Source of the DNA: Magallana gigas
Lineage: Eukaryota
Assembly: GCF_963853765.1 (NCBI RefSeq)
Contig: NC_088853.1
Coordinates: forward strand, 70,866,001-70,930,000
Direction: 5' to 3'
DNA: 64,000 nucleotides
Position numbers and translations under genes: made by a program. Of this stretch, positions 48,198 through 58,930 are shown piece after piece. The number at the start of each line of letters is the position of its first letter. The first letter of the stretch is position 1. A model generated the notes under the pieces. The model saw nothing but the letters and a program-made list of their open reading frames with translations, ran no database searches and was not told the origin of the DNA.

Positions 48198-51100
48198 ATG
48201 CCACGGAGGAAGTATTGGAGGATGAACAGGAAAGAGTTACAGACTGACATGACTGAGGAGACTGGCCTCATGAAAAACAGTAAAACAATTTCTGACCTGG
48301 ACTTGACTGAGGAGACTGGCCTCGTTAAAAACAGTAAAACAATTTCTGACATTAAAATGACTGAGGAGACTGGCCTCGTGAAAAACAGTAAAACCAATGT
48401 TGACCCTGAGGAGCCTGGCCTCAGGTTACAAAAAAAACAGGAAAATCAAAAATCTTGTCAAATGAATTTGGACACTGAACTGGAAATGAATTTGCACAAT
48501 GAACTCGAAATGAATTTGCACAATGAACTCGAAATGAATTTGCTCAATGAACTTTGTGAAACAAATTTGTGTCAAAACTCTGCTGAAGTGATTTTGCAAA
48601 AGAATGTGAAAAAAAATCTTACAAACAATGACTCTGTGACTAAAACTATGCAAAATAATTTGCAACCTCATGAAGATAACCTGGTTTATCATAGAAAATT
48701 AGTTATTGGGTCATTTCATCAAGGAGATACAAGATTTTCATCATTTTCAAGGGGCAGTCAATGTACTTGCAATGCACTCACTATGTTGATCAAATGTTAT
48801 GAAGGATTCTCGTTCACAACTGAATTTTTAGATAACACTTTAATAGCAGGAGACCAGGTGTATACAACAGTGGTCAAAAATTTGATGCAAAAACAAATCT
48901 TCCATAACAAACTCCTCAACTTTGATGAATTACCAAGTAACTTAACTTTGGGAGAAAATCATCATGTCATTCACAAATTTGATACCATTTGGGGATTAGT
49001 TGTCTCGGGAGAACAAAATAGCCCTGTGAAATCATTGCATCAAGCTTTAGATGAGGCATTCCAGATTTCTAGATATTTGCTAATTATGATAGGAGCAATT
49101 TGTTCTGGTGTATACAAAATTTCAAACACTGAATATTATTTCTTCGATTCTCATTCACATGACCGTGATGGCATGTCTGCATGTGAGGGCAAATCTGTGC
49201 TGGTAATGAACAAGAGTCTTGATGATTTGGTGACATATTTGTACAACATGTACAACAGCATGCATATTGATTTTTCTATGCAGTTTGAAATCTTACCAAT
49301 CTCAATTAGTACTTTGCATCACAGTTTTCCAGAGAGAGACCCATTGCAGAAAAAATTATACAAAATGGATGAACCTCCATCTATTACAAATGGTGAGAAG
49401 CAATGCAGAAAACGCTATATGAGAGAATACATGTCCAGAAAGAGAGAGAACACACAATTTAAAACTGAAGAGAGATGCAAAGATGCTCTTGCCAAAAAAT
49501 TGAAACGACAAAATCCTGAAGTGTTTGAGAATGAAAGGAAAAAAAACACAGCTGGAAGAAAGTTTAAACGACAATGTATTGATGTTCAAGAAAAGGAAAG
49601 AAAGATGGACAAAATTGCAAGAAAATTGAAACGACAAAATACTGAAGTGTTAGAGAAAGAAAGAACAAGAAATGCAGCTGAAAGAAAATCTAAACGACAA
49701 TGTAAAGATGTTCAAGAAAAGGAAAGAGAGATGGACAAAATTGCAAAAAAAATGAAAAGACAAAATCCTGAAGTGTTAGAGAAAGAAAGAACACAAAATA
49801 CAGCTGGAAGAAAATCTAAACGACAATCTACTGATGTTAAAGAAAAGGAAAGAAAGCTGGACAAAATTGCAAGAAAACTGAAAAGACAAAATCCTGAAGT
49901 GTTAGAGAAGGAAAGAACACAAAATACAGCTGGAAGAAAGTTTAAACGACAATGTATTGATGTTCAAGAAAAGGAAAGAGAGATGGACAAAATTGCAAAA
50001 AAAATGAAAAGACAAAATCCTGAAGTGTTAGAGAAGGAAAGAACACAAAATACAGCTGGAAGAAAGTTTAAACGACAATCTACTGATGTTAAAGAAAAGG
50101 AAAGAAAGATGGACAAAATTGCAAGAAAACTGAAAAGACAAAATCCTGAAGTGTTAGAGAAAGAGAGAACACAAAATACAGCTGGAAGAAAGTTTAAACG
50201 ACAATGTATTGATGTTCAAGAAAAGGAAAGAAAGATGGACAAAATTGCAAGAAAACTGAAAAGACAAAATCCTGAAGTGTTAGAGAAAGAAAGAACACAA
50301 AATACAGCTGGAAGAAAGTTTAAACGACAATGTACTGATGTTCAAGAAAAGGAAAGAGAGATGGACAAAATTGCAAGAAAACTGAAAAGACAAAATCCTG
50401 AAGTGTTAGAGAAAGAAAGAAAACAAAATACAACGGGAAGAAAGATTAAAAGGCAAAGCATTCAAATTCAAGGAAATGAAAGAGAGATGGACAAAATTGC
50501 CAGAAAAAATAAACGACAAAACATTAATGTAAGAAATAAAGAGAATGAACGAGAGACAAAAGCAAGAAAATTGAAGAGGGAGAACCCAATTATCCTTGAA
50601 CAAGAAAGATTGAAAAAGCAAGCTAAACGAAGTATCATTTCATATCATGAAAATGAAAAAAATCTAAATAGGGAACAGAAACAAAGGAAGAGGACAGATG
50701 TTGAATATTGTAACACGGTAGATGAACGACAAAGACAGCATAGGTTTGGAGCAGATATAGATGATTGTATAAAAAAATTTCATGAACAGATTAGACATGG
50801 TCCCATTTTTGTATGTTCTTGTTGTCAGCAAACGTGGTTTAAAGAAAGTGTATTAAAAGTGGAGAACACAAAACTGGATGAAAGAATTAAAAACAAATAC
50901 TTGACAAGTACTATTTCTGTTCAAGATAAGGAGTGGATTTGCAATACTTGCTATTCATCGTTAAAAGAAAACAAAACTCCAAAGTTGTCTGTTTTTAATG
51001 GTATGACATGGCCACAAAAACCAATGGAATTAGATTTGTTTCCTTTAGAGGAAAGGCTTGTGTCTTTGAGAATTCCTTTTATGCAAATTAGAGAGTTACC

Positions 51101-54100
51101 AAGAGGTGGACAATATTCTGCCAGAGGAAATGTTGTGAATGTCCCAGTTGATATTCAGCCTACAATAAATAGCTTACCTAGAAAATTGGATGAAAATGTC
51201 ACAATTCCCGTAAAATTGAAGAAAAAATTATCTTATCAAAAATGCGATTATCATGAAAATGTACGACCAGCAAAAGTACTGATAGCACTGCATTGGCTTA
51301 TGAACAATAGTGAATTCTACAAGAACGCAAATATCAATGTTGATGACAACTGGTTTCAAGAAATCACAACCTCAGCAAATGAAATTGTTCAAGAATTAGT
51401 TCAGACACAGTCAAGAAGGGACCATAATACTGATTGTCTGGAGTCCGATAATGATGAATTTTGTGAAGTAGATGGAATTGGTAGAGATGGAAATTGTGAT
51501 ACGTTGCTAGATGATGCATCACGAGACATGAATCAGGTTTACACATTTGCCCCTGGTGAAGGACAACGTCCACTAAGCTTATATCAAGATCAGGCTGCTG
51601 AATATTTATCATTTCCTACAATCTTTTGTGGAAGGAAAAGATTAAATGATGAAGAAAGAGAACTGCGTGTTTCATATGCAGACATAGCTAAGTGGGAACT
51701 GAGAAGTTTTGATAGACGTGCAGCACAGTCTGTTCCAAACTTGTTTTTTAAGTTGAAAAAAATACAAATGAAACAAGTTACTGACAAATGCAATTTGGCT
51801 TTGAGAAAATGTAAAACTAAGGGAAAAACATTTACAGCAAACGATGTGCAAAATCCTGAAAATGTCAATAGTCTTGTTAGACACAATGAGGGTTATTTTA
51901 TCTTTAGACAGTTAAGAAATTCACCTGCATATCTTGAAACACGGAAAAAAGATGTATTTGCCATGATCAGACAGTTAGGTTTACCAACATGGTTCATGTC
52001 TCTGTCTGCTGCCGATACAAGATGGACTGATCTCATCAGAGCACTGGGCATTTTAAACAATGCAAAGGAATATACAGATGACGAAATTGACAATATGTCA
52101 TGGTTTCAAAAATCAAAAATGGTACAGAAAGATCCAATTACATGCACCAGATATTTTGACCATAGGTTTCGATTGTTTCTGAATTCTGTATTGAAAAGTG
52201 ACCATCATCCAATCGGCCAAGTGAAAGACTATTTTTATAGAGTTGAATTTCAACAGAGAGGATCACCCCATGTTCATATGGTTGTCTGGATTGAAAATGC
52301 CCCAAAATATCAAGAAAATGATGAAAAAGAGATTTTGGATTTTGTAGATCATTACTTGAAATGTGAAAAGAATGAAGATGATGACTTGACAGAATTACAA
52401 GTGCATAAACATTCTCAAACATGCAAAAAAGGAGGAAAAGATGTATGCAGATTTGGCTTTCCACTACCTCCTTTAGAAAAGTCTATGGTTCTAGAACCTT
52501 TAGATGCTGATGTTGACAAGTACAGGAAAATGTATGATAAAATTCAGAAAAAGTTAAATGATATGTCGAAAAATGGTTGTGATTTATCATACAAGGAACT
52601 CCTAGATTCAGTCTTGGAAATATCTGAGGAAGATTACATCAAATGCATTAGGAGTTCATTGAGAGGTCCAAAGGTTTTTTTAAATAGAAAGCCATGCGAT
52701 ATGAGAGTAAATTCTTACAACAGTGTTGTTCTAAATGCTTGGAAAGCAAACATTGACATGCAATTTATCTTAGATCCATATGCCTGTGCAATGTATATTG
52801 TTTCATATATAAGTAAATCTCAAAGAGGAATGAGTGATTTACTGAACAGAGCTGCAAAAGAAGCTAGAGAAGGAAATCTTGACCTAAAAAGACAAGTGCG
52901 TCATATTGGAAACCATTTCCTCAATAGTGTGGAAGTCGGAGCACAAGAAGCTGCATATTTAGTGTTGCAAATGCCTCTAACAAAAGCTTCAAGAGATGTT
53001 GTTTTTATCAACACAAGTCCCTCTGATGATAGAGTAATTCTAATCAAAACAGATGCTGAATTGGAAAAGTTGACACCGAATTCTACAGATGTTGAATGCA
53101 GTAATGTCATTAAAAGATACACAAAACGACCAAAACAACTTGAAAACTGGTGTTTAGCTGACTATGTTTCCCAACTTGATGTAGTGTTTCCAAAAGAAAG
53201 TGAAAACACATTCGATCAAACAGAGATAAACGATGATGAAAATGATGAGTCAGATGTTGACTTTAATGAGAGTGATACACTTGTTACTCTTAAAAATGGC
53301 ATTATCATCAGACGTCGCAAAGTACCCAGAGTGATTAGATATGTCCGGTTCAGTCTAAAAACAGACCCCGAAAATTACTATAGAGAAAAGTTAATGTTGT
53401 TTATGCCCTGGAGAGATGAATCAGTTGATCTGTTGTCTGGAACTGACACTTTTGAAAATTCATTTAGTCTTAGAAAGTCTTTCTTGGCTCATAAAATCAA
53501 GCAATATGAGTTTAATGCCGAACTGCTAGATGCAGCATTACAGATAGCAAATGATGAATTAACAGATGCTTTTGATGAATTAGCACCTAATACTCAGCAA
53601 ATAGAGGCAGAAGATGAAGCTGAAGGATCTTTTGAATCAGAAAAGTATGTCCAGTTTAATCCAGAGAGACCAGTTGAACAAAGAATATATGATATTGGGG
53701 CAGATGTTGGTATCCCATCAAGACAAATTACAGAGGAAAGTTCTGTGAGACTGCCAGATGATGAATATTTGAAATTGGTGGAAAGTTTGAATGAGAAGCA
53801 AAGAGAATTTTTCAATCATGTCATGCAATGGGTTAAAACTAAAAAAGAGCCAATTTATTCGTTTTTATCTGGAGGTGCTGGTGTTGGCAAATCTGTTTTG
53901 ATAAGAGCACTTTATCAAGCTTTGCACAGATATCTATGTTCTACTGAAGGTGAAAACCCAGATGATGTAAGAATACTTCTATGTGCATACACAGGGAAAG
54001 CAGCTTATAACATTGGAGGGTCAACCATAGCATCTGCTTTCCATCAAAAAATTAATCAAAGCCAACAAAGTTTACACTGTGATGAATTGAATACTTTTCG

Positions 54101-55904
54101 CGCCAAATACAGAAACCTGAAATTAATCATGATTGATGAAATATCAATGGTAGGCAATAGATCACTGGCTCTAATTGACAGTCGTTTGCAACTTCTTACA
54201 GGCATCAAAAAGCCATTTGGTGGTATTAGTATCTTAGCAGTTGGTGATTTTTTTCAACTCAAACCTGTGATGGACAGCTGGATCTTTCAGGATTTAAAAT
54301 GTAATGCCCAAGCTCTTGCAAGCAATCTTTGGAAGGAACACTTTAGTGTATTTGAATTGGATGAAATAATGAGACAAAAAGATGATGTCGAGTTTGCTCA
54401 ACTGCTAAATCGTCTTCGTTATAATGAACTCACACCAGAAGACAAGAATGTAATTCAGAGATGCATGATAACAGAAACAAATGAAAATTATCCAAACCAT
54501 GCTCCACATCTCTTTACTCAGAACTCTAAAGTAGATGCATACAACAATCAGTTGATTGAAAGACTTGAAGGAGAAAAGGTCACAGTGAAATCAGTTGACA
54601 CTGTTATCAAAGATTACTCAAAGGAAGTGAAACAAAAGCTTCTCAGGTCTTTAGTAAATGAAGATGATGTTAGCAAAACTGCCAATTTAATGCAAATATT
54701 GATTCTTGCTGTTGGGATGATATACGATATCTCGGTCAATGTTGATGTCTCTGATGGGCTAACAAATGGGTCATCATGTAAAGTTCAACTGATTGAAAGC
54801 AAAATGGAAGGCATATCAAGACCAAGCATAGTTTGGGTCCATTTTTTTGATTCTGCCATTGGAAAGTCGACTCGCAAAAAATACAAGCATTTGTTTCATG
54901 ATGGAATAGATGATGAATGGACACCCATTTTTGAAGTTCAGCGGTCTTTTGTATTGAATCATAATACTTTTCAGAGAATTCAATTTCCATTGCGACCAGC
55001 TGCAGGAAAGACAGTTCATAAAGCTCAAGGGTGCACTGTTGATGAAATTGTAATTGACTTGTCTCAAACTAGAATTAGGAAAACTCCACACATTCACTAT
55101 GTTGCTCTAAGTCGAGTCCGGTCAGTAGATCATCTACATATCCTGAACTTTAATGAGCAGGCATTAGCTATGGATGAAAAAGTGCTTGAGGAAATGGGAA
55201 GAATGAAAACTGAGGCGCCATTGCAACTTTGTTATGTTCCAATGTATGAGATCAATTCTAATTGTTTTAAAGTTGCTTTCAACAATTGTAGATCACTTCA
55301 TAAGCACTTTTCACAAGTAAAAAGTGAGCCAAATATTCTAGCATCAGATGTAGTTGGTTTCTCGGAGACAAGACTATGTAGTGCAGATGAAAACAATTTT
55401 CAACTACACAGCTACACAGCAATATTTAACCATGAGGTTACATGTCACTTCAATAGACGTCCACATCATGGAACAGCACTGTATGTGAAAAATGACTACA
55501 AGACAACATGTATCTCAAAGTTTAACAATGGCTCCTTAGAGTTCATCGCTGCAAATGTACATTTAAGCCAAAGTAGAGAGGTACAAGTCATCGTACTTTA
55601 TAAATACCCATCATGTTCTTTGGAAAATTTCAAGCAAAATGTAAACACACATCTTAAGCCTTTGACTGAACACCAGAAAGACTTGGTACTTATAGGGGAT
55701 TTCAATTTTGATTTGTTTTCTGGGCATATTGACTTTTTAACATTTTTTGAAAATTGCTTTAAATGTAAACAAATTGTAACAAAGGCTACACATAATACCG
55801 GTTCTCAGCTGGATCTGATTTTTACAAACATAGCCCCATGTGCAACAGATGTGATTGAAGCATACTGGTCTGATCATAAAATGATATACTGCGCTTTTCA
55901 ATGA
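48198..55904 (+). CDS. Helentron/Helitron2-class Rep-helicase-endonuclease polyprotein (2,568 aa) with N-terminal herpes-tegument-like cysteine protease domain
   Basis: Rep: AMIRQLGLPTWFMSLSAAD, HUH motif VEFQQRGSPHVH (52242-52277), YACAMYIVSYISK (about 52779-52817). PIF1-family helicase: GGAGVGKS (53871-53894), AYTGKAA, DEISMV, GDFFQLKPV, MRQKDD, TVHKAQG, YVALSR. EEP/AP endonuclease: NCRSL, SETRL, GDFNFD, LDLIF, SDH (55869-55877). N-terminal GSFHQGD..GSQCTCNAL..FFDSHS. No stops or frameshifts. Confidence 0.95.
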   Translation: MPRRKYWRMNRKELQTDMTEETGLMKNSKTISDLDLTEETGLVKNSKTISDIKMTEETGLVKNSKTNVDPEEPGLRLQKKQENQKSCQMNLDTELEMNLHNELEMNLHNELEMNLLNELCETNLCQNSAEVILQKNVKKNLTNNDSVTKTMQNNLQPHEDNLVYHRKLVIGSFHQGDTRFSSFSRGSQCTCNALTMLIKCYEGFSFTTEFLDNTLIAGDQVYTTVVKNLMQKQIFHNKLLNFDELPSNLTLGENHHVIHKFDTIWGLVVSGEQNSPVKSLHQALDEAFQISRYLLIMIGAICSGVYKISNTEYYFFDSHSHDRDGMSACEGKSVLVMNKSLDDLVTYLYNMYNSMHIDFSMQFEILPISISTLHHSFPERDPLQKKLYKMDEPPSITNGEKQCRKRYMREYMSRKRENTQFKTEERCKDALAKKLKRQNPEVFENERKKNTAGRKFKRQCIDVQEKERKMDKIARKLKRQNTEVLEKERTRNAAERKSKRQCKDVQEKEREMDKIAKKMKRQNPEVLEKERTQNTAGRKSKRQSTDVKEKERKLDKIARKLKRQNPEVLEKERTQNTAGRKFKRQCIDVQEKEREMDKIAKKMKRQNPEVLEKERTQNTAGRKFKRQSTDVKEKERKMDKIARKLKRQNPEVLEKERTQNTAGRKFKRQCIDVQEKERKMDKIARKLKRQNPEVLEKERTQNTAGRKFKRQCTDVQEKEREMDKIARKLKRQNPEVLEKERKQNTTGRKIKRQSIQIQGNEREMDKIARKNKRQNINVRNKENERETKARKLKRENPIILEQERLKKQAKRSIISYHENEKNLNREQKQRKRTDVEYCNTVDERQRQHRFGADIDDCIKKFHEQIRHGPIFVCSCCQQTWFKESVLKVENTKLDERIKNKYLTSTISVQDKEWICNTCYSSLKENKTPKLSVFNGMTWPQKPMELDLFPLEERLVSLRIPFMQIRELPRGGQYSARGNVVNVPVDIQPTINSLPRKLDENVTIPVKLKKKLSYQKCDYHENVRPAKVLIALHWLMNNSEFYKNANINVDDNWFQEITTSANEIVQELVQTQSRRDHNTDCLESDNDEFCEVDGIGRDGNCDTLLDDASRDMNQVYTFAPGEGQRPLSLYQDQAAEYLSFPTIFCGRKRLNDEERELRVSYADIAKWELRSFDRRAAQSVPNLFFKLKKIQMKQVTDKCNLALRKCKTKGKTFTANDVQNPENVNSLVRHNEGYFIFRQLRNSPAYLETRKKDVFAMIRQLGLPTWFMSLSAADTRWTDLIRALGILNNAKEYTDDEIDNMSWFQKSKMVQKDPITCTRYFDHRFRLFLNSVLKSDHHPIGQVKDYFYRVEFQQRGSPHVHMVVWIENAPKYQENDEKEILDFVDHYLKCEKNEDDDLTELQVHKHSQTCKKGGKDVCRFGFPLPPLEKSMVLEPLDADVDKYRKMYDKIQKKLNDMSKNGCDLSYKELLDSVLEISEEDYIKCIRSSLRGPKVFLNRKPCDMRVNSYNSVVLNAWKANIDMQFILDPYACAMYIVSYISKSQRGMSDLLNRAAKEAREGNLDLKRQVRHIGNHFLNSVEVGAQEAAYLVLQMPLTKASRDVVFINTSPSDDRVILIKTDAELEKLTPNSTDVECSNVIKRYTKRPKQLENWCLADYVSQLDVVFPKESENTFDQTEINDDENDESDVDFNESDTLVTLKNGIIIRRRKVPRVIRYVRFSLKTDPENYYREKLMLFMPWRDESVDLLSGTDTFENSFSLRKSFLAHKIKQYEFNAELLDAALQIANDELTDAFDELAPNTQQIEAEDEAEGSFESEKYVQFNPERPVEQRIYDIGADVGIPSRQITEESSVRLPDDEYLKLVESLNEKQREFFNHVMQWVKTKKEPIYSFLSGGAGVGKSVLIRALYQALHRYLCSTEGENPDDVRILLCAYTGKAAYNIGGSTIASAFHQKINQSQQSLHCDELNTFRAKYRNLKLIMIDEISMVGNRSLALIDSRLQLLTGIKKPFGGISILAVGDFFQLKPVMDSWIFQDLKCNAQALASNLWKEHFSVFELDEIMRQKDDVEFAQLLNRLRYNELTPEDKNVIQRCMITETNENYPNHAPHLFTQNSKVDAYNNQLIERLEGEKVTVKSVDTVIKDYSKEVKQKLLRSLVNEDDVSKTANLMQILILAVGMIYDISVNVDVSDGLTNGSSCKVQLIESKMEGISRPSIVWVHFFDSAIGKSTRKKYKHLFHDGIDDEWTPIFEVQRSFVLNHNTFQRIQFPLRPAAGKTVHKAQGCTVDEIVIDLSQTRIRKTPHIHYVALSRVRSVDHLHILNFNEQALAMDEKVLEEMGRMKTEAPLQLCYVPMYEINSNCFKVAFNNCRSLHKHFSQVKSEPNILASDVVGFSETRLCSADENNFQLHSYTAIFNHEVTCHFNRRPHHGTALYVKNDYKTTCISKFNNGSLEFIAANVHLSQSREVQVIVLYKYPSCSLENFKQNVNTHLKPLTEHQKDLVLIGDFNFDLFSGHIDFLTFFENCFKCKQIVTKATHNTGSQLDLIFTNIAPCATDVIEAYWSDHKMIYCAFQ
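49503..50600 (+). repeat. Coding tandem repeat: 126-bp/42-aa unit, about 7 near-identical plus degenerate copies
   Basis: Unit KRQNPEVLEKERTQNTAGRKFKRQCIDVQEKERKMDKIARKL; anchors 49503 and 49629. Confidence 0.95.
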
Positions 55905-56569
55905 TATAATTGTGTTTTAAAGAGAATGGGGCGCCAAAGTAAAAACTCATCAGAGGGAGCTGTGAAAATATTGCCCCCTCCCTCATCCCATTTGTCACCA
56001 TTAAAAAGGTGACAAATGGTTTGTTAATATATAGATATTGTAAGACACCAACTATTTGCTTTTGGCACTGTCATAGATTCAGTGGTTCAAGGGGAAAGGG
56101 GATTTAATTATTAAAAATTTGATTTGTAACAATTCCACCACATGTTTCTTGGATGTAGAGAAGAGTGTTAAATCTGTTCTCAATTTTTAATTTCTAGCCT
56201 TTAATTGGCCAAATTTACAGATATCATCCACTTCACTGATGTTGTTTTCATCAATTCTCCCCCCCCCCCCCCCCCCCCCACCTAAAACATGACTATGCCA
56301 ATATTTTTAAATTTATACATTAAATATGTATTTAATTACTCATTATATGTACTAGTATTTTCTAATTTACTGGATTGATGTATATAAATATTTTCATTTA
56401 CTTATTACATTTTGTCTTGTATCTCTTGGCCATCATTCTTAATACTATATTGAATTATAATGTCTATATATACATATATCCAACCAAAAATGTTTAAGTC
56501 TTATATTCAAAACTACAGTGAACATGTGTAAATTTGTGTATATTTCTTCAATATTGAAAGAAAATAATT

Positions 56570-56810
56570 CGCAGACTTCAAGGTGCCAGGTAAATGAAAG
56601 TCATCGACTCCCCATGGATAAAACACCAGTCCATAGCAGCTTAACTCCCAGCTTACTGCTCGTACCCAATTTCAGCTTGGTTGACTAAGACAAAGACTGA
56701 TGTAGTACCTTGTGTAAGGGACAATACAACATCAAGTGACCACATGGGATTTTAACCAGCAACCTTTGGGTAACTGGTCTAACGCTCATGACCACTGAGC
56801 CATGTGCTCC
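56570..56810 (-). mobile_element. tRNA-derived SINE (degenerate)
   Basis: Minus-strand A-box TGGCTCAGTGG (56792-56802) and B-box GGTTAAAATCCC (56746-56757), followed by a SINE-core-like segment (TGTCCCTTACACAAGGTACT..AAATTGGGTAC). Confidence 0.65.
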
Positions 56811-58686
56811 ATAAATGAACTACATTTGAGTTACCGTAATTGTGAATTACAGTTGTGGACAGGTCATATAAACAATCAATACTGTGCACAAGCCACATCA
56901 AAAATTGAACTTTAAATTTTCTTCATTTTTAAGCAAAACAGAATGTGGCAATATCTGAAGAAGAGAAGAGAAGATATAGTGAATTAAAACTGATTTGTTT
57001 AATAAAAATTGTATACTGATGCTTTATTTATATATTTTTTGTTGTATTTCCATGTGTCACAATAACTTGATAGAAGTTAAATTGTACTCATATATATACA
57101 GTCTATATTAGTTTATATATGTCGCATCAAAACTGTTTGCATCTCATATAAATAATAACGGACCTTTTTTTCTAGAAGACTATTTTTCAAATTTGTCTTT
57201 AAATTTAATATTATTTAATTATTATCTTTATAGCTGTTATCAATGACTTCATTTAATAATATCGTTTTTTATCAAGCAAGGGTTGGTGTCTTACAATACA
57301 ATAATTGTATGTGAATCTGTATTCATTTTCATTTTTTTAAATTCTTTAATATTTATTTATATATATACTGACAGTTCACACACAATATGTACAAATCCTT
57401 CATGTGAGTGCATAGTAGATGTAAATTCAATCATGTTAATACATGTATGATGTAAGTTGAAAATATTGGAGCAAAAAGAGAAGACATCTTTTCAGTAATG
57501 TTCCTTCTTTTTTTTTTTTAAATCTTTATATTACCTCAAATCAAATCATTTTTATTTAAACTATATAACTAAAACCTGGTAATATAATTGTTAATAATGA
57601 AAATTATATATATCATTAATGCAATGTGATGAATTTATTTAAATGCATGTATTTCTCTTATGAATACAAAAGGCACCAGTATTTAAGGACACTTAGCGCC
57701 AATCGTTCAAAAATGACAGGTAAGTATAAAGAAAGGAGGTCAATGGCCAGCCTGTAGCGGGCGGTAAACCTGCCTTTTCTAATAAATTCATATCTATGGA
57801 CAGAGTTCATAGTTATAAACAATATGGCATACATGTATTAAGAAAAAACAAAAGAAATATTACATACTGGTTGCATGTTTGAGACATTGTACTCTTAATG
57901 TACACTTTATAGAACATTTCATTTAAATAAATTGAGAAATACATTGCATTGAAAGTGAATTTATTTTCAAACAAATATTCACTTAGGTTTTATTCAAATT
58001 TTAAAATTTCAAAATTATTCACACACTTTTTTGTAGAAAAAAAAGTATTATTTAATATGATTGTGCATGCGTTTATATGCAAATATAGTATCATTGAAAC
58101 ATTATTTTGTATCATATAACACAGAAAAGATGTCTTCATCTTGTATAGTTATATTAAACTTATCATAAATGTGTCATAAAGTTTATTGGGTTTTTTTTCT
58201 GATAATCATTTTAAAGTATAAATGCATTATTTTTTGCAATTTTTCAAACAATCACACTCAAATGACAAAAATAAAAAAAAAAATCTAGTATGTTCAAATC
58301 ATTCTTGATCAAATTCATTTTCTGTTTTATCGCAGTTAGCAAATGACACAAGAATAGTTATGATACGAGTTTTTGTATAAATTTCTATTGACAAATACTT
58401 TTCATTTAATTATGTTTTGTAAAATCAATACTGTTCATAACCTTTCTATTTTCGCATTTTCGTAGAAAGGTTATGAAAAAACAGTGGAACTTATAAATTA
58501 ATTTATTTAAACTTTGTGTATGTCTATGACTTATTAAATTATATATCCATGTATATATCTGGTTGCAAAATATGATTTATTGTATTTTATCATCATTATA
58601 TTTATTTAATTTAACGTACAATATGCATAACTATAAGACACTGAGAAACTACAAATTTACATTTACAGTATATTTGTAAAATTTGT

Positions 58687-58930
58687 TAAAACCATTTTAA
58701 CAACACCTTGGAATTTCAGTAGGACGTAGCTATCTATGCACCAAAACAAGTTTAAAGTGATGCAGTTTCAAGCAAAATATGCACCGATTGCTTAGTCTTA
58801 GCTTAAAAGTGAGAAGATCTTGTTGATTTCATCCATGGCTGAGTGGCTGACACTGATATAGACAGGCTTACGTCACATTGCTGTTTAACACAATTACCCA
58901 AAGTCCAAGCTCTTGTTAAAATGGTTCTTA
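58687..58930. mobile_element. MITE, copy 2 of the 18481-18733 family (more decayed left TIR)
   Basis: Colinear similarity with copy 1 over its full length. Confidence 0.8.

Noticed and set aside
48426-55097. Multiple short antisense ORFs within RepHel
   Set aside because: They are shadows of the long sense ORF with no recognisable motifs.
48198-55904. Host PIF1 helicase gene or an integrated herpesvirus
   Set aside because: HUH Rep plus EEP fusion, a single exon and hairpin ends indicate a Helentron. No capsid, terminase or polymerase genes are present.
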